Source: Methylocystis sp. LW5
GTDB lineage: Bacteria; Pseudomonadota; Alphaproteobacteria; Rhizobiales; Beijerinckiaceae
DNA: 24,000 nucleotides
NCBI GenBank assembly: GCA_000685825.1
Contig: JMKQ01000006.1
Reading direction: 5' to 3' (one strand)
A program made the position numbers and the translations under genes. Positions 16,736-24,000 of this stretch are shown piece by piece. Below the pieces are notes generated by a model. The model searched no databases. It was not told the DNA's origin and was given only the letters and a program-made list of their open reading frames with translations. Position 1 is the stretch's first letter. The number at the start of each line of letters is the position of its first letter.

Positions 16736-18214
16736 TCAGCGGGCGGCTCTCGCCGGCTCCGGAACCACAGTATCCAACGCATTGCGCAGGTCTGCGGCGC
16801 CCTTGTCGCGCGCGGTGAGCGGCTCCAATCCGAAGCGCGTCTCGATCGTCGCCAGAATCGACGCGGTGTCATAGGTCGTGTGGTCGACGAATCCCTTTTT
16901 CGCGAAGGGCGATAGGATCAGCGTGGGCACGCGCGTTCCGGGGCCGAAGCGGTCGATTTGCGGCGGCGAGACATGATCCCAGGCGCCGCCGTTCTCGTCG
17001 GCGGTGACGATGACCAGCATGTCGTTCCAATTGGGGCTGCGCCGCAGCCGCGCGACAACATCGGCGAGATGCGCGTCGCCGGTCTTCAGATCGGCGTAAT
17101 TGGGATGCTCGTTGAATTTGCCGACCGGCTTGTAGAAGGACACGGCGGGCAGCGTCCCCGCCTCAGCCGCCGCGAAGAAATCCTCGGCGTCCTTCAGATG
17201 CTGCTCGCGCGCCGGCGTTCCGGGTCCGAAATTGGCGAAATAGACGAAAGGCTGGTGATGCGTCTGGAAATATTCCGGCGCCTCGCGCTGACGGATTCGT
17301 CCAGCCCGCATATCGTTCCAGCCGCCTGCGTACCACGCCCATGAGACGCCCTTTTCGGAGAGGCGATCGCCGATCGTCGGCTGCGTTTGCGGCGGCAGGC
17401 CGACGCCAGACGGCGCTTCGAGCGGCGAGAGCGGGGTCGGCGGCTGCATCGTGCTGACCACGAAGCCGTCACTGGTCACCGGCCCGGACTTTTTGTAGCG
17501 CGGCGGGCCGATACGAGCGCTCTTCGGCGAGTCGGCGGCGCGGGCGAGCAGGCCGGTGGCCTCGTCGACCTCGGCGATCAGCGACGGCGGCGCCGATGGA
17601 AAGGTCGGCGCGCAGGCGCAGACGAGGAACATGTGATTGACGAAGGAGCCGCCGAAGAAGCCGTGGAAGAAATGATCGGCGAGCGTGAACTCCTGCGCGA
17701 GGCGCCATTGCGCGAGCGAGCGGCCGTCGTAATAGCCCATCACCAAGCCGCCGGCGCCGGAAATGGCCGCGAAGCGATCCATCTTCCCGCCGTCGATCTG
17801 CTCCTTCTCCTGGAAGAAATCATGCGTCAGATCGGGCGTCTTCTCCGCATTGGGCAAAAATGCGTCGATCGCGAAAGGCGCATTGGGAAGAATGGCGGGA
17901 AAGCGGGCGTCGACGCCCTTATCGCCGCGGATCGGCGGCAATTCGCCGAAAGGCTTGCCGTCGATATCGACCTGGGCGAAGCGATCCGCGCCTATGCCGA
18001 GCCCATCGGCGCCGGGATAGAGGCCGAAGACATTATCGAAGCTGCGGTTTTCCGTGTAGATCACGACGATATGGCCGATGGCGGCGAAAGGGTTCCGCGC
18101 CTCCGCCAGCGCGGGGCCGACGAGGCCGCAGAGGAGCGGCAAGACCGACGCTCCGGCAAAAACGCGCGATCGGGTCGAAATTCGAGCGTGTGTCCAAATT
18201 GGTGAGAGATCCAT
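16736..18214 (-). CDS. Secreted phosphoesterase of the acid phosphatase AcpA / phospholipase C family (492 aa)
   Basis: Internal ATG at 18214 follows tggag. It has a signal peptide and the GHIVVIYTENRSFDNVFG motif typical of the phosphoesterase (PLC/AcpA) family, plus the C-terminal DENGGAWDHV motif. Confidence 0.8.
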   Translation of the reverse strand: MDLSPIWTHARISTRSRVFAGASVLPLLCGLVGPALAEARNPFAAIGHIVVIYTENRSFDNVFGLYPGADGLGIGADRFAQVDIDGKPFGELPPIRGDKGVDARFPAILPNAPFAIDAFLPNAEKTPDLTHDFFQEKEQIDGGKMDRFAAISGAGGLVMGYYDGRSLAQWRLAQEFTLADHFFHGFFGGSFVNHMFLVCACAPTFPSAPPSLIAEVDEATGLLARAADSPKSARIGPPRYKKSGPVTSDGFVVSTMQPPTPLSPLEAPSGVGLPPQTQPTIGDRLSEKGVSWAWYAGGWNDMRAGRIRQREAPEYFQTHHQPFVYFANFGPGTPAREQHLKDAEDFFAAAEAGTLPAVSFYKPVGKFNEHPNYADLKTGDAHLADVVARLRRSPNWNDMLVIVTADENGGAWDHVSPPQIDRFGPGTRVPTLILSPFAKKGFVDHTTYDTASILATIETRFGLEPLTARDKGAADLRNALDTVVPEPARAAR

Positions 18215-18341
18215 GGCGCGGCTCCAGTCGCAATAGCCTCGCCATAGGCGAGATGGGCGAAGGTAGAATGTCGCGAGCCATAGAAAAAGCCTCCGCGCAG
18301 TGATGCGCGGAGGCTCTGGTATCGTTGGCGCGAAAAGCGGC

Positions 18342-19406
18342 TCAGTGAGCGTGCTTGCCGGCGAGCTCCTGCTGCGGCTGAGGCGTCGCATTGGTGCGCC
18401 CCGGCAGGACCGGATATTCGACCTTGGGCTGATCGCCGGTCAGCGCGCCGAGGAAGGCGACGATGGCCGTGGTCTCGTCGGGCGCGAGCTCGACGCCGAG
18501 CTGCGACTTCGCCATGACATTGACCGCCTCCTCCAGCGTCCACACCTGGCCGGTGTGGAAGTAGGGAGCGCGCAGCGCGACATTGCGCAGCGGCGCGACG
18601 CGGAAGGAGAAGACGTCAGCCGGGCTCTTGGTGACGTTGAAACGGCCCTTGTCCGCTTCCGGCAGAATGGCCGCCGCCGGCTTCGCCACGGCGCCGAACT
18701 GCGTGTAATTGCCGCCGCCGACGTTCACGCCGTCGTGGCAGCCGCTACACCCCTTGTCCATGAAGAGGCGCAGGCCCTTCTTCTGCGTCGCGTCCAGCGC
18801 CGCCTCGTCGCCGCCGAGGAATTTGTCGAGGCGCGAGCCCGGCGTCACCAGCGTCGATTCGAAAGCCTCGATCGCCTTGGCGAAATTGTCGAAGTTGGCG
18901 GCCTTATTGTCGCCGGGGAAGGCCTTCTGGAAGGAAGCGACATAGCCCGGAATGCTGTTCAGCGTCGCCTCGACATTGGCGGGCGTATTGTTCATCTCCA
19001 CGCCGGCCTGCACCGGACCCTTGGCCTGGGCCTTCAGATCCTCGGCGCGGCCGTCCCAGAACTGGGCGACGTTGAACACGGCGTTGAGCACGGTCGGCGC
19101 GCGGCGCGGGCCTTTCTGCCAGCCGTGGCCGATAGAGGTCGAGCCGGCGTCGACGCCGCCGAGGCTCAGATTATGGCACGAGTTGCAGCTGATGAGCTGG
19201 CTCGAGGAGATGCGCGGATCGAAGAACAGCTGCTTGCCGAGCTCGATCTTGGCGGGTGTGAGGTCGTTGTTCTTCACGGCCTTGGCGGCGGCCGCCGGGG
19301 TGATCGGCTTGAAGACGGCGTTGGCGTCGCTCCGCAGATCGCCCGCGATAGCGGCGAACGGGAACAGCGCCATCACGCTCAGCGTGGCGATGAATGCACG
19401 TGACAT
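18342..19406 (-). CDS. ccpA: Di-haem cytochrome c peroxidase, canonical bacterial CcpA type (354 aa)
   Basis: ATG at 19406 follows ggaggag. It has a signal peptide, two CxxCH motifs (CNSCH, CSGCH), FWDGRA, and APYFHTGQVWTLEEAVNVMAKSQLG with the Met expected to ligate the high-potential haem. Confidence 0.9.
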   Translation of the reverse strand: MSRAFIATLSVMALFPFAAIAGDLRSDANAVFKPITPAAAAKAVKNNDLTPAKIELGKQLFFDPRISSSQLISCNSCHNLSLGGVDAGSTSIGHGWQKGPRRAPTVLNAVFNVAQFWDGRAEDLKAQAKGPVQAGVEMNNTPANVEATLNSIPGYVASFQKAFPGDNKAANFDNFAKAIEAFESTLVTPGSRLDKFLGGDEAALDATQKKGLRLFMDKGCSGCHDGVNVGGGNYTQFGAVAKPAAAILPEADKGRFNVTKSPADVFSFRVAPLRNVALRAPYFHTGQVWTLEEAVNVMAKSQLGVELAPDETTAIVAFLGALTGDQPKVEYPVLPGRTNATPQPQQELAGKHAH

Positions 19407-19570
19407 TTTCCGAGGGCTCCTCCGATTGGGAAACGAGCGTGCGCTGCGAAACAGCCTCGGCCCGAACCGCCGCCCGCCTACCACAAGCTGGGCTCTCGGG
19501 CAAAGGCAATAATGCAGGAAATTGCGAGAAATCATGTAATTGCAACTATAACTCTACTATTTTCTCGATT

Positions 19571-19588
19571 ATGTCGCTTTGGCGACAT
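19571..19588. promoter_or_regulatory. Palindrome ATGTCGC-TTTG-GCGACAT in the divergent ccpA / MauG-like intergenic region
   Basis: Read directly. Perfect 7-bp arms next to the most AT-rich stretch of the spacer (19511-19570). Function unknown. Confidence 0.25.
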
Positions 19589-19802
19589 CGTCTCCGTCGC
19601 AGTTATTGTTCTCGTCCCCGAACGCGGAAATATTTTTGCGCTGCACAGCTGCAGTTGCTGGCCGAGGCAAAGACAAAAGCCCGCCCCGAGCCATGAGAAG
19701 CCTTGCCGATCAGAAAAATTCCAGGCAGGATCATGGCCGTCGCGCCGATGAGAGAAGCGGGTCCATCCGACAGGGCGCGACGAAGACCTCGGGGAGGAAG
19801 AC

Positions 19803-20957
19803 ATGGCCGTGCGCAAGCGCGCCGCGACACTGCTCGCGGCAATGCTCAGTCTTTCGGGGCTTGGTTTCGCGAGCGTCGGTTTCGCCGAGCCGCTGGGCCT
19901 GCCCCCAGTCCCGATCCCACAGGACAATCCGCAGACCAGCGACAAGATCGCGCTCGGCAATCGTCTGTTCCACGATCTACGCTTTTCGTCCGACGGCACG
20001 GTCGCCTGCGCGACCTGTCACAAGGACGACCACGCCTTCACCGACAGCCCGTTGCGCACCTCCGAGGGGATTCGCGCCTCCGACGGAATCAGCAAGAAGA
20101 CCGGCACGCGCAATGCGCCGACGGTCATCAACTCCGCCTATTTCACGACGCTGTTCTGGGACGGACGCTCCGCCTCGCTCGAGGATCAGTCGCAGCATCC
20201 CTTCCTCAATCCTGTCGAGATGGGCCTGGCCACGCATGAGCCGATCCTCGCCATAGCGCGCTCCGATCCCTTTTATGTCGTGCTCTTCAAGAAGGCCTTC
20301 GGCAAGACCGGCGACGGCGTGACGATGGAGGAGGTGAAGAAGGCCATCGCCGCCTATGAGCGCACGATTATTTCCGGCGATTCGCCCTTCGACCGCTGGC
20401 GCTTCGGCAATGAGGAGAATGCGATATCGGAGGCCGCCAAGCGCGGCTTCGAGGTCTTCGTCGGCCAGGGGCGCTGCGTCTCCTGCCATGTGATCGAGCA
20501 GAATCAGGCGCTGTTCACCGATAATCGCTTCCACAATATCGGCGTCGGCATCAATCGCGCGCAATTCGACGTGCCTCGTCTCTCGGCGGAATTTCTGACC
20601 GCCAAGGCGAAAGGCGCGGACGTCGACAAGGCCGTGCTCACCGACCCCAAGACGTCCGAGCTCGGCCGTTTCGCCGTCACCGATCAGTTCGATGTGATCG
20701 GGGCCTTCAAGACGCCGACTCTACGCAATGTCGCAGTGACAGCGCCCTATATGCACGACGGCTCGCTGAAAACTCTGAAGGATGTCGTCAAGCACTATAA
20801 TAATGGCGGGCGCAGCGAGGGAGATCCGGCGCAGGTGAACGACTATCTCTCCGGCGGCATTCGCCCTCTGAATCTCACCGAGCAGCAGATGGACGATCTC
20901 GTCGCCTTCATGGAAACGCTCACCACGCCGGCCTATTTCGGCGCCAAAACGAGATGA
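19803..20957 (+). CDS. Di-haem cytochrome c peroxidase-family protein, MauG-like (384 aa)
   Basis: RBS ggaggaag. It has a signal peptide, CATCH and CVSCH haem motifs and FWDGRS. APYMHDGSLKTLKDVVKHYNNGG places Tyr exactly where the neighbouring CcpA has its Met ligand. Confidence 0.85.
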   Translation: MAVRKRAATLLAAMLSLSGLGFASVGFAEPLGLPPVPIPQDNPQTSDKIALGNRLFHDLRFSSDGTVACATCHKDDHAFTDSPLRTSEGIRASDGISKKTGTRNAPTVINSAYFTTLFWDGRSASLEDQSQHPFLNPVEMGLATHEPILAIARSDPFYVVLFKKAFGKTGDGVTMEEVKKAIAAYERTIISGDSPFDRWRFGNEENAISEAAKRGFEVFVGQGRCVSCHVIEQNQALFTDNRFHNIGVGINRAQFDVPRLSAEFLTAKAKGADVDKAVLTDPKTSELGRFAVTDQFDVIGAFKTPTLRNVAVTAPYMHDGSLKTLKDVVKHYNNGGRSEGDPAQVNDYLSGGIRPLNLTEQQMDDLVAFMETLTTPAYFGAKTR

Positions 20958-20997
20958 GCGCGCCGCGCCACGCGGTCACGATAAGGGAACCGAGCAG

Positions 20998-22071
20998 ATG
21001 AGCGAATTCATCACCAGGCGCAGCGTGCTGGCGGGAGCCGGCGCCAGCGCGGCGCTGACCACTCTGCCGATCAGCATGGTCACGCTCGCCTTCGGCGGCA
21101 CGCGCGAGGATTTCACCTTCACCTATATTTCCGACGCGCATATTCAGCAGATCAAAGGCGCGAGCTTCGTGCGCAATTGGGATCAGGGGCTGAAGCGCGC
21201 CGTCGCCGAGGCCAATCTGGTGAAGCCGGAATCCGATTTCGTCATCTTCGGCGGCGATCTCGCCCAGCTCGGCAAGCGCGAGGAGCTCGACCACGGCGCC
21301 GAGATTCTCTCCAAGCTGAAAGGCAAGCTGCACGCCGTCATGGGCGAGCATGATTATTATCTCGACCTCGGCGATTATTGGAGCAAGCTCTACGGTCCGC
21401 ATTATTACAGCTTCGACCATAAGGGCGTGCATTTCATCGTGCTGAACTCGATTTTGACCAGCGAGCAATGGACCTTCCATCGCTGGCCGACGGCCGAGCA
21501 GCGCATGCTGGAGATGGCGGGGCTCGACAATCCCAATGGCTCGCCCTTCATGGTCGGCGACAAGCAGCGCAAATGGCTCGCCAATGATCTCGCCAAGCTG
21601 GACAAGAAGACGCCGCTCGTCGTCTTCTCCCATTCGCCGCTGCAGAAGATCTACAAGGGCTGGAACTTTTGGACCGACGACGCCGAGGAGGTGCAGGCGC
21701 TGCTCGCGCCCTTCGACAGCGTCAACGTCATCTACGGCCATGTTCACCAGATTCAGTACAATCAGATCGGCAACATCAGCTTCAATTCGGTGATGGCCAC
21801 CGCTTGGCCCTGGCCCTATCCGCAGAGCTATGCGCAAGCCGAGAGCCATCTGCCCGTGCTCACCATTCCGATGAACCGCGCCGATCCTTTCTTCGAGCGC
21901 GACGCCACCGGCTGGCAGCTGATCGACATAGGCTCGGGCCGCGTCACCGCGCGCTATCAGCTCTGGGACAATGACCAGCGCACCGTCGCCTTCGATCACA
22001 AGGCCGGCCACCCGGTCGATATCGCCTATCAGGAGCCGACGCAGCACCGTCTGCCGCAAACCCATTATTGA
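20998..22071 (+). CDS. Tat-exported calcineurin-like metallophosphoesterase (357 aa)
   Basis: Twin-arginine signal ITRRSVLAGAGA. MPE motifs are SDAH, GGDL, GEHD (Glu where GNHD normally has Asn), FSHSP and YGHVH. It starts 40 nt after the MauG-like gene. Confidence 0.85.
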   Translation: MSEFITRRSVLAGAGASAALTTLPISMVTLAFGGTREDFTFTYISDAHIQQIKGASFVRNWDQGLKRAVAEANLVKPESDFVIFGGDLAQLGKREELDHGAEILSKLKGKLHAVMGEHDYYLDLGDYWSKLYGPHYYSFDHKGVHFIVLNSILTSEQWTFHRWPTAEQRMLEMAGLDNPNGSPFMVGDKQRKWLANDLAKLDKKTPLVVFSHSPLQKIYKGWNFWTDDAEEVQALLAPFDSVNVIYGHVHQIQYNQIGNISFNSVMATAWPWPYPQSYAQAESHLPVLTIPMNRADPFFERDATGWQLIDIGSGRVTARYQLWDNDQRTVAFDHKAGHPVDIAYQEPTQHRLPQTHY

Positions 22072-22083
22072 TCGGAGTTCGCC

Positions 22084-22485
22084 ATGCTTCGCTCGACCTT
22101 GCTTCTCGCTTTCGGTCTCGCCGCCTTCGGCGCGACGACAGCGCGCGCCGATGAATTCACCAAGACAGATGTCGAGCGCTATCAGAAGGAGTTCGAGCAG
22201 GTGGCGGCCAAGGGCCGCGAATTATGGACGAGCGGCGCGCTCGGGACCAATGGCGTCGCCTGCGCGCAATGCCATCCCAACGCCGCCAACACGCACCCAG
22301 AGACCTATCCCAAATTCCAGAAGCAGCTCGGCAAGGTGACGCAGCTCTTCGAGATGGTGAATTGGTGCATTCGCAATCCGCTGCAGGGAGCCAATCTTCC
22401 GCCGGACGATCCGCGCATGACGGCGCTCGTCTCCTACATCACTTTCGAGCGGCGCGGCGTGAAGCTCGCGCCCGGCCAGCATTGA
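22084..22485 (+). CDS. Periplasmic monohaem c-type cytochrome (133 aa), possibly SoxA/TsdA-like
   Basis: It has a signal peptide, a single CAQCH, and a downstream ...LFEMVNWCIRNPLQGANLPPDDPRMTALVSYI segment that resembles the SoxA-type cytochrome pattern from memory. It starts 12 nt after the MPE stop; RBS cggag. Confidence 0.75.
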   Translation: MLRSTLLLAFGLAAFGATTARADEFTKTDVERYQKEFEQVAAKGRELWTSGALGTNGVACAQCHPNAANTHPETYPKFQKQLGKVTQLFEMVNWCIRNPLQGANLPPDDPRMTALVSYITFERRGVKLAPGQH

Positions 22486-22496
22486 GGACAGGCGCC

Positions 22497-22754
22497 ATGC
22501 GGAAATCCTTTGCTCTCGCCCTGCCCGCTTTGCTGATCGCCGGCTCGGCCTTGGCCGCCGCGGGCGACCAGCCAGCCGATGCGCAGAACCTCACGGGCGC
22601 CTCCGCCCCGGCTCAGGCGGCGGCCGCGCCCTCCCCTTGCGCAGGCTGCGCGGGTCACGATTGCGCCAATTGTCCGATGGCCCTGGCCGCCGCCGTGCAG
22701 GCGGCGACCGGAACGGCGCAACCGCCAGCCCCGATCCGCTGCAACGTCGACTGA
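22497..22754 (+). CDS. Secreted Cys-rich mini-protein (85 aa), no family recognised
   Basis: ATG is 11 nt after the cytochrome stop, with gagga upstream. Sec-type signal MRKSFALALPALLIAGSALAAAG. The mature part is rich in Ala, Pro and Gln, with C-AG-C-AGHD-C-AN-C-PM and a fifth Cys 4 residues from the C-terminus. Confidence 0.55.
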   Translation: MRKSFALALPALLIAGSALAAAGDQPADAQNLTGASAPAQAAAAPSPCAGCAGHDCANCPMALAAAVQAATGTAQPPAPIRCNVD

Positions 22755-22850
22755 TACGAGTTCGGCAGAAGGTTCGGGGCGTTCCCCCTGCGAGCGGGGG
22801 GAAGGAAAGCGGCCAACGCCGCGCAAACCGATCAGATCGTATGAGTCGGG

Positions 22851-23126
22851 CTATTCGGACGGAGCCGCCGCCATTGCCGCTGCGGCGACGAGGGGAATGC
22901 CGAAAAAGCTCTCCTCATCCGAGCCGGCGGCCTTGTGCAGCTCGAAAGCGTCCGTCCAAACCGCCCTCTCCGTGTCATCGGCCGGGCGGTAGGTGCATTT
23001 GGCTTCGGCATTGCCGGCCTGAAGCCATTTCCTGCTATTGCGCACGAAGCGGTCGAGCGCTTTCTGATCGGTCGGGCGAATAACGCATCTGGGGACGCCA
23101 TCGACCAGGACGACTTGCGGCAGCAT
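22851..23126 (-). CDS. Hypothetical protein (91 aa)
   Basis: Internal ATG at 23126 follows ggaga. MLPQVVLVDGVPRCVIRPTDQKALDRFVRNSRKW...; no family recognised. Confidence 0.4.
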   Translation of the reverse strand: MLPQVVLVDGVPRCVIRPTDQKALDRFVRNSRKWLQAGNAEAKCTYRPADDTERAVWTDAFELHKAAGSDEESFFGIPLVAAAAMAAAPSE

Positions 23127-23251
23127 GTCCGATCTCCGACAAAGGGCCGGGCTCCCCGTGAAAGGGCCAGGACCCGTCTGATTGCTTGTCTCAGAATTAG
23201 ATAGCAATCGACATGCCATACCCAGACCGGCTCAGCCCAGACGCGTCCGGC

Positions 23252-23635
23252 TCAACCGATGAAGTCCTGCACCACATCGCCCAGAATGCGGTTCACATCG
23301 TCGATGGTGGAGACGTCGTAGCGCGTGGTTTTCTCGCCGGTCGCCTCGTCGTCGCGTTCGAATTTCGGATGGCCGAAGCGGATCGAGGTTCCCTCGATCT
23401 CGAAGGGCAGCGGCAGCGGCTCCTTCAGCGGGCGCGAGACGAAGAGCAGGCCCATCACCTTCTGCTCGACGGCGCTCGCCTTCAGCGCCAGCTCGACGCC
23501 GAATTTCGGCCCGATATCCTTTTTGATCGACTCGTCGAGGAAGGCGATCCAGCGGAAGAAACTGTCGAAATTGCGCCGCGCGGCGGCGAGCACCTGTTCT
23601 TCCGCCTTGGCGAGGCTCGCGCTCGGATCGCTCAT
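23252..23635 (-). CDS. Hypothetical cytoplasmic protein (127 aa)
   Basis: Clean ORF with non-repetitive composition, 67 nt downstream of panE on the same strand. No family recognised. Confidence 0.55.
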   Translation of the reverse strand: MSDPSASLAKAEEQVLAAARRNFDSFFRWIAFLDESIKKDIGPKFGVELALKASAVEQKVMGLLFVSRPLKEPLPLPFEIEGTSIRFGHPKFERDDEATGEKTTRYDVSTIDDVNRILGDVVQDFIG

Positions 23636-23702
23636 TGTCTCAAATCCCCGGTCTGCGGCGCCTTTCGCCGAAGAGGCCGAGATTTACGCGAAATCCGTGC
23701 CG

Positions 23703-24000
23703 TCAGCCGGCCGCGCGCCGGCTCGCCTCATAGGCCCGCACATGCGTCGCTGCGATCTCCAGCACCGGCGTCTCTAGCCTTGCCCGCTGCGCCCGCGCCA
23801 GCATGTCGCCGAGAATATGCTCGCCCTCCGTGCGCCCTCCCCGCTCGATGTCACGCAGCATGGAGGCTTTGAGAGCGGAGCCGCGCACGAATAATATAGA
23901 CAAGAGTTCCGGAAGCTCGGGCGACGGCGTCCAGCCCTCCGCGCGCGCGACGCTCTCGCATTCCGCGAGCAAAAGCCGGATGAGGCGCTCACCCGAGACT
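23703..24000 (-). CDS. panE: 2-dehydropantoate 2-reductase (ketopantoate reductase) C-terminal part; 5' end outside the window
   Basis: The frame stays open to the window edge. ...SMLRDIERGGRTEGEHILGDMLARA... matches the conserved ApbA/PanE C-terminal domain (the S-M-x-x-D and E-x-x-x-I-x-G pattern). Confidence 0.7.
   Translation of the reverse strand, partial: VSGERLIRLLLAECESVARAEGWTPSPELPELLSILFVRGSALKASMLRDIERGGRTEGEHILGDMLARAQRARLETPVLEIAATHVRAYEASRRAAG

Noticed and set aside
19637-19662. Sigma54-like element (ctgcac-n8-ttgc) upstream of the MauG-like gene
   Set aside because: The -24 GG dinucleotide is missing (TGCAC rather than TGGCAC) and the spacing does not fit the consensus.
20920-22065. 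381-aa minus-strand ORF opposite the metallophosphoesterase gene
   Set aside because: The plus-strand frame carries all MPE motifs and a Tat signal. The antisense translation is featureless and depends on the absence of stops in GC-rich sequence.
22497-22754. The Cys-rich mini-protein as a methanobactin precursor (MbnA)
   Set aside because: MbnA peptides are about 25-35 aa, have a leader rather than a Sec signal peptide, and sit next to mbnB/mbnC. None of that applies here.

Overview
GC-rich alphaproteobacterial chromosomal DNA, most likely from a type II methanotroph (Methylocystis/Methylosinus-like). All protein identifications come from recognising the translated sequences; no search was run. 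The centre of the window is a minus-strand particulate methane monooxygenase operon, pmoC-pmoA-pmoB (16147 down to 12908). It ends at a strong intrinsic terminator. The copper-accessory genes pmoD, copC, a three-domain CopD fusion and a His-type PCuAC chaperone follow on the same strand (12516 down to 8679). This extended pmo locus is a described arrangement, not a new one. Upstream of pmoC on the same strand lie a canonical di-haem cytochrome c peroxidase and an AcpA/phospholipase-C-family phosphoesterase. The least explained part is a tightly packed plus-strand four-gene periplasmic operon (19803-22754), transcribed divergently from the canonical peroxidase. It encodes a MauG-type di-haem enzyme with Tyr where the neighbouring paralog has its Met ligand, a Tat-exported metallophosphoesterase, a small monohaem cytochrome c, and an 85-aa secreted Cys-rich mini-protein. 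A second, orphan PmoD/AmoD-family paralog (3912-4562) sits 8 kb from the operon. The rest is housekeeping: GST, YcjF-family protein, exonuclease III, Fe-SOD, aspartate aminotransferase, a DUF2029/GT87-like membrane protein and partial PanE. I found no rRNA, tRNA, CRISPR array or mobile element. Many long ORFs in the track are antisense or overlapping artefacts of high GC content and are rejected. Several true starts are internal ATGs preceded by Shine-Dalgarno sequences.
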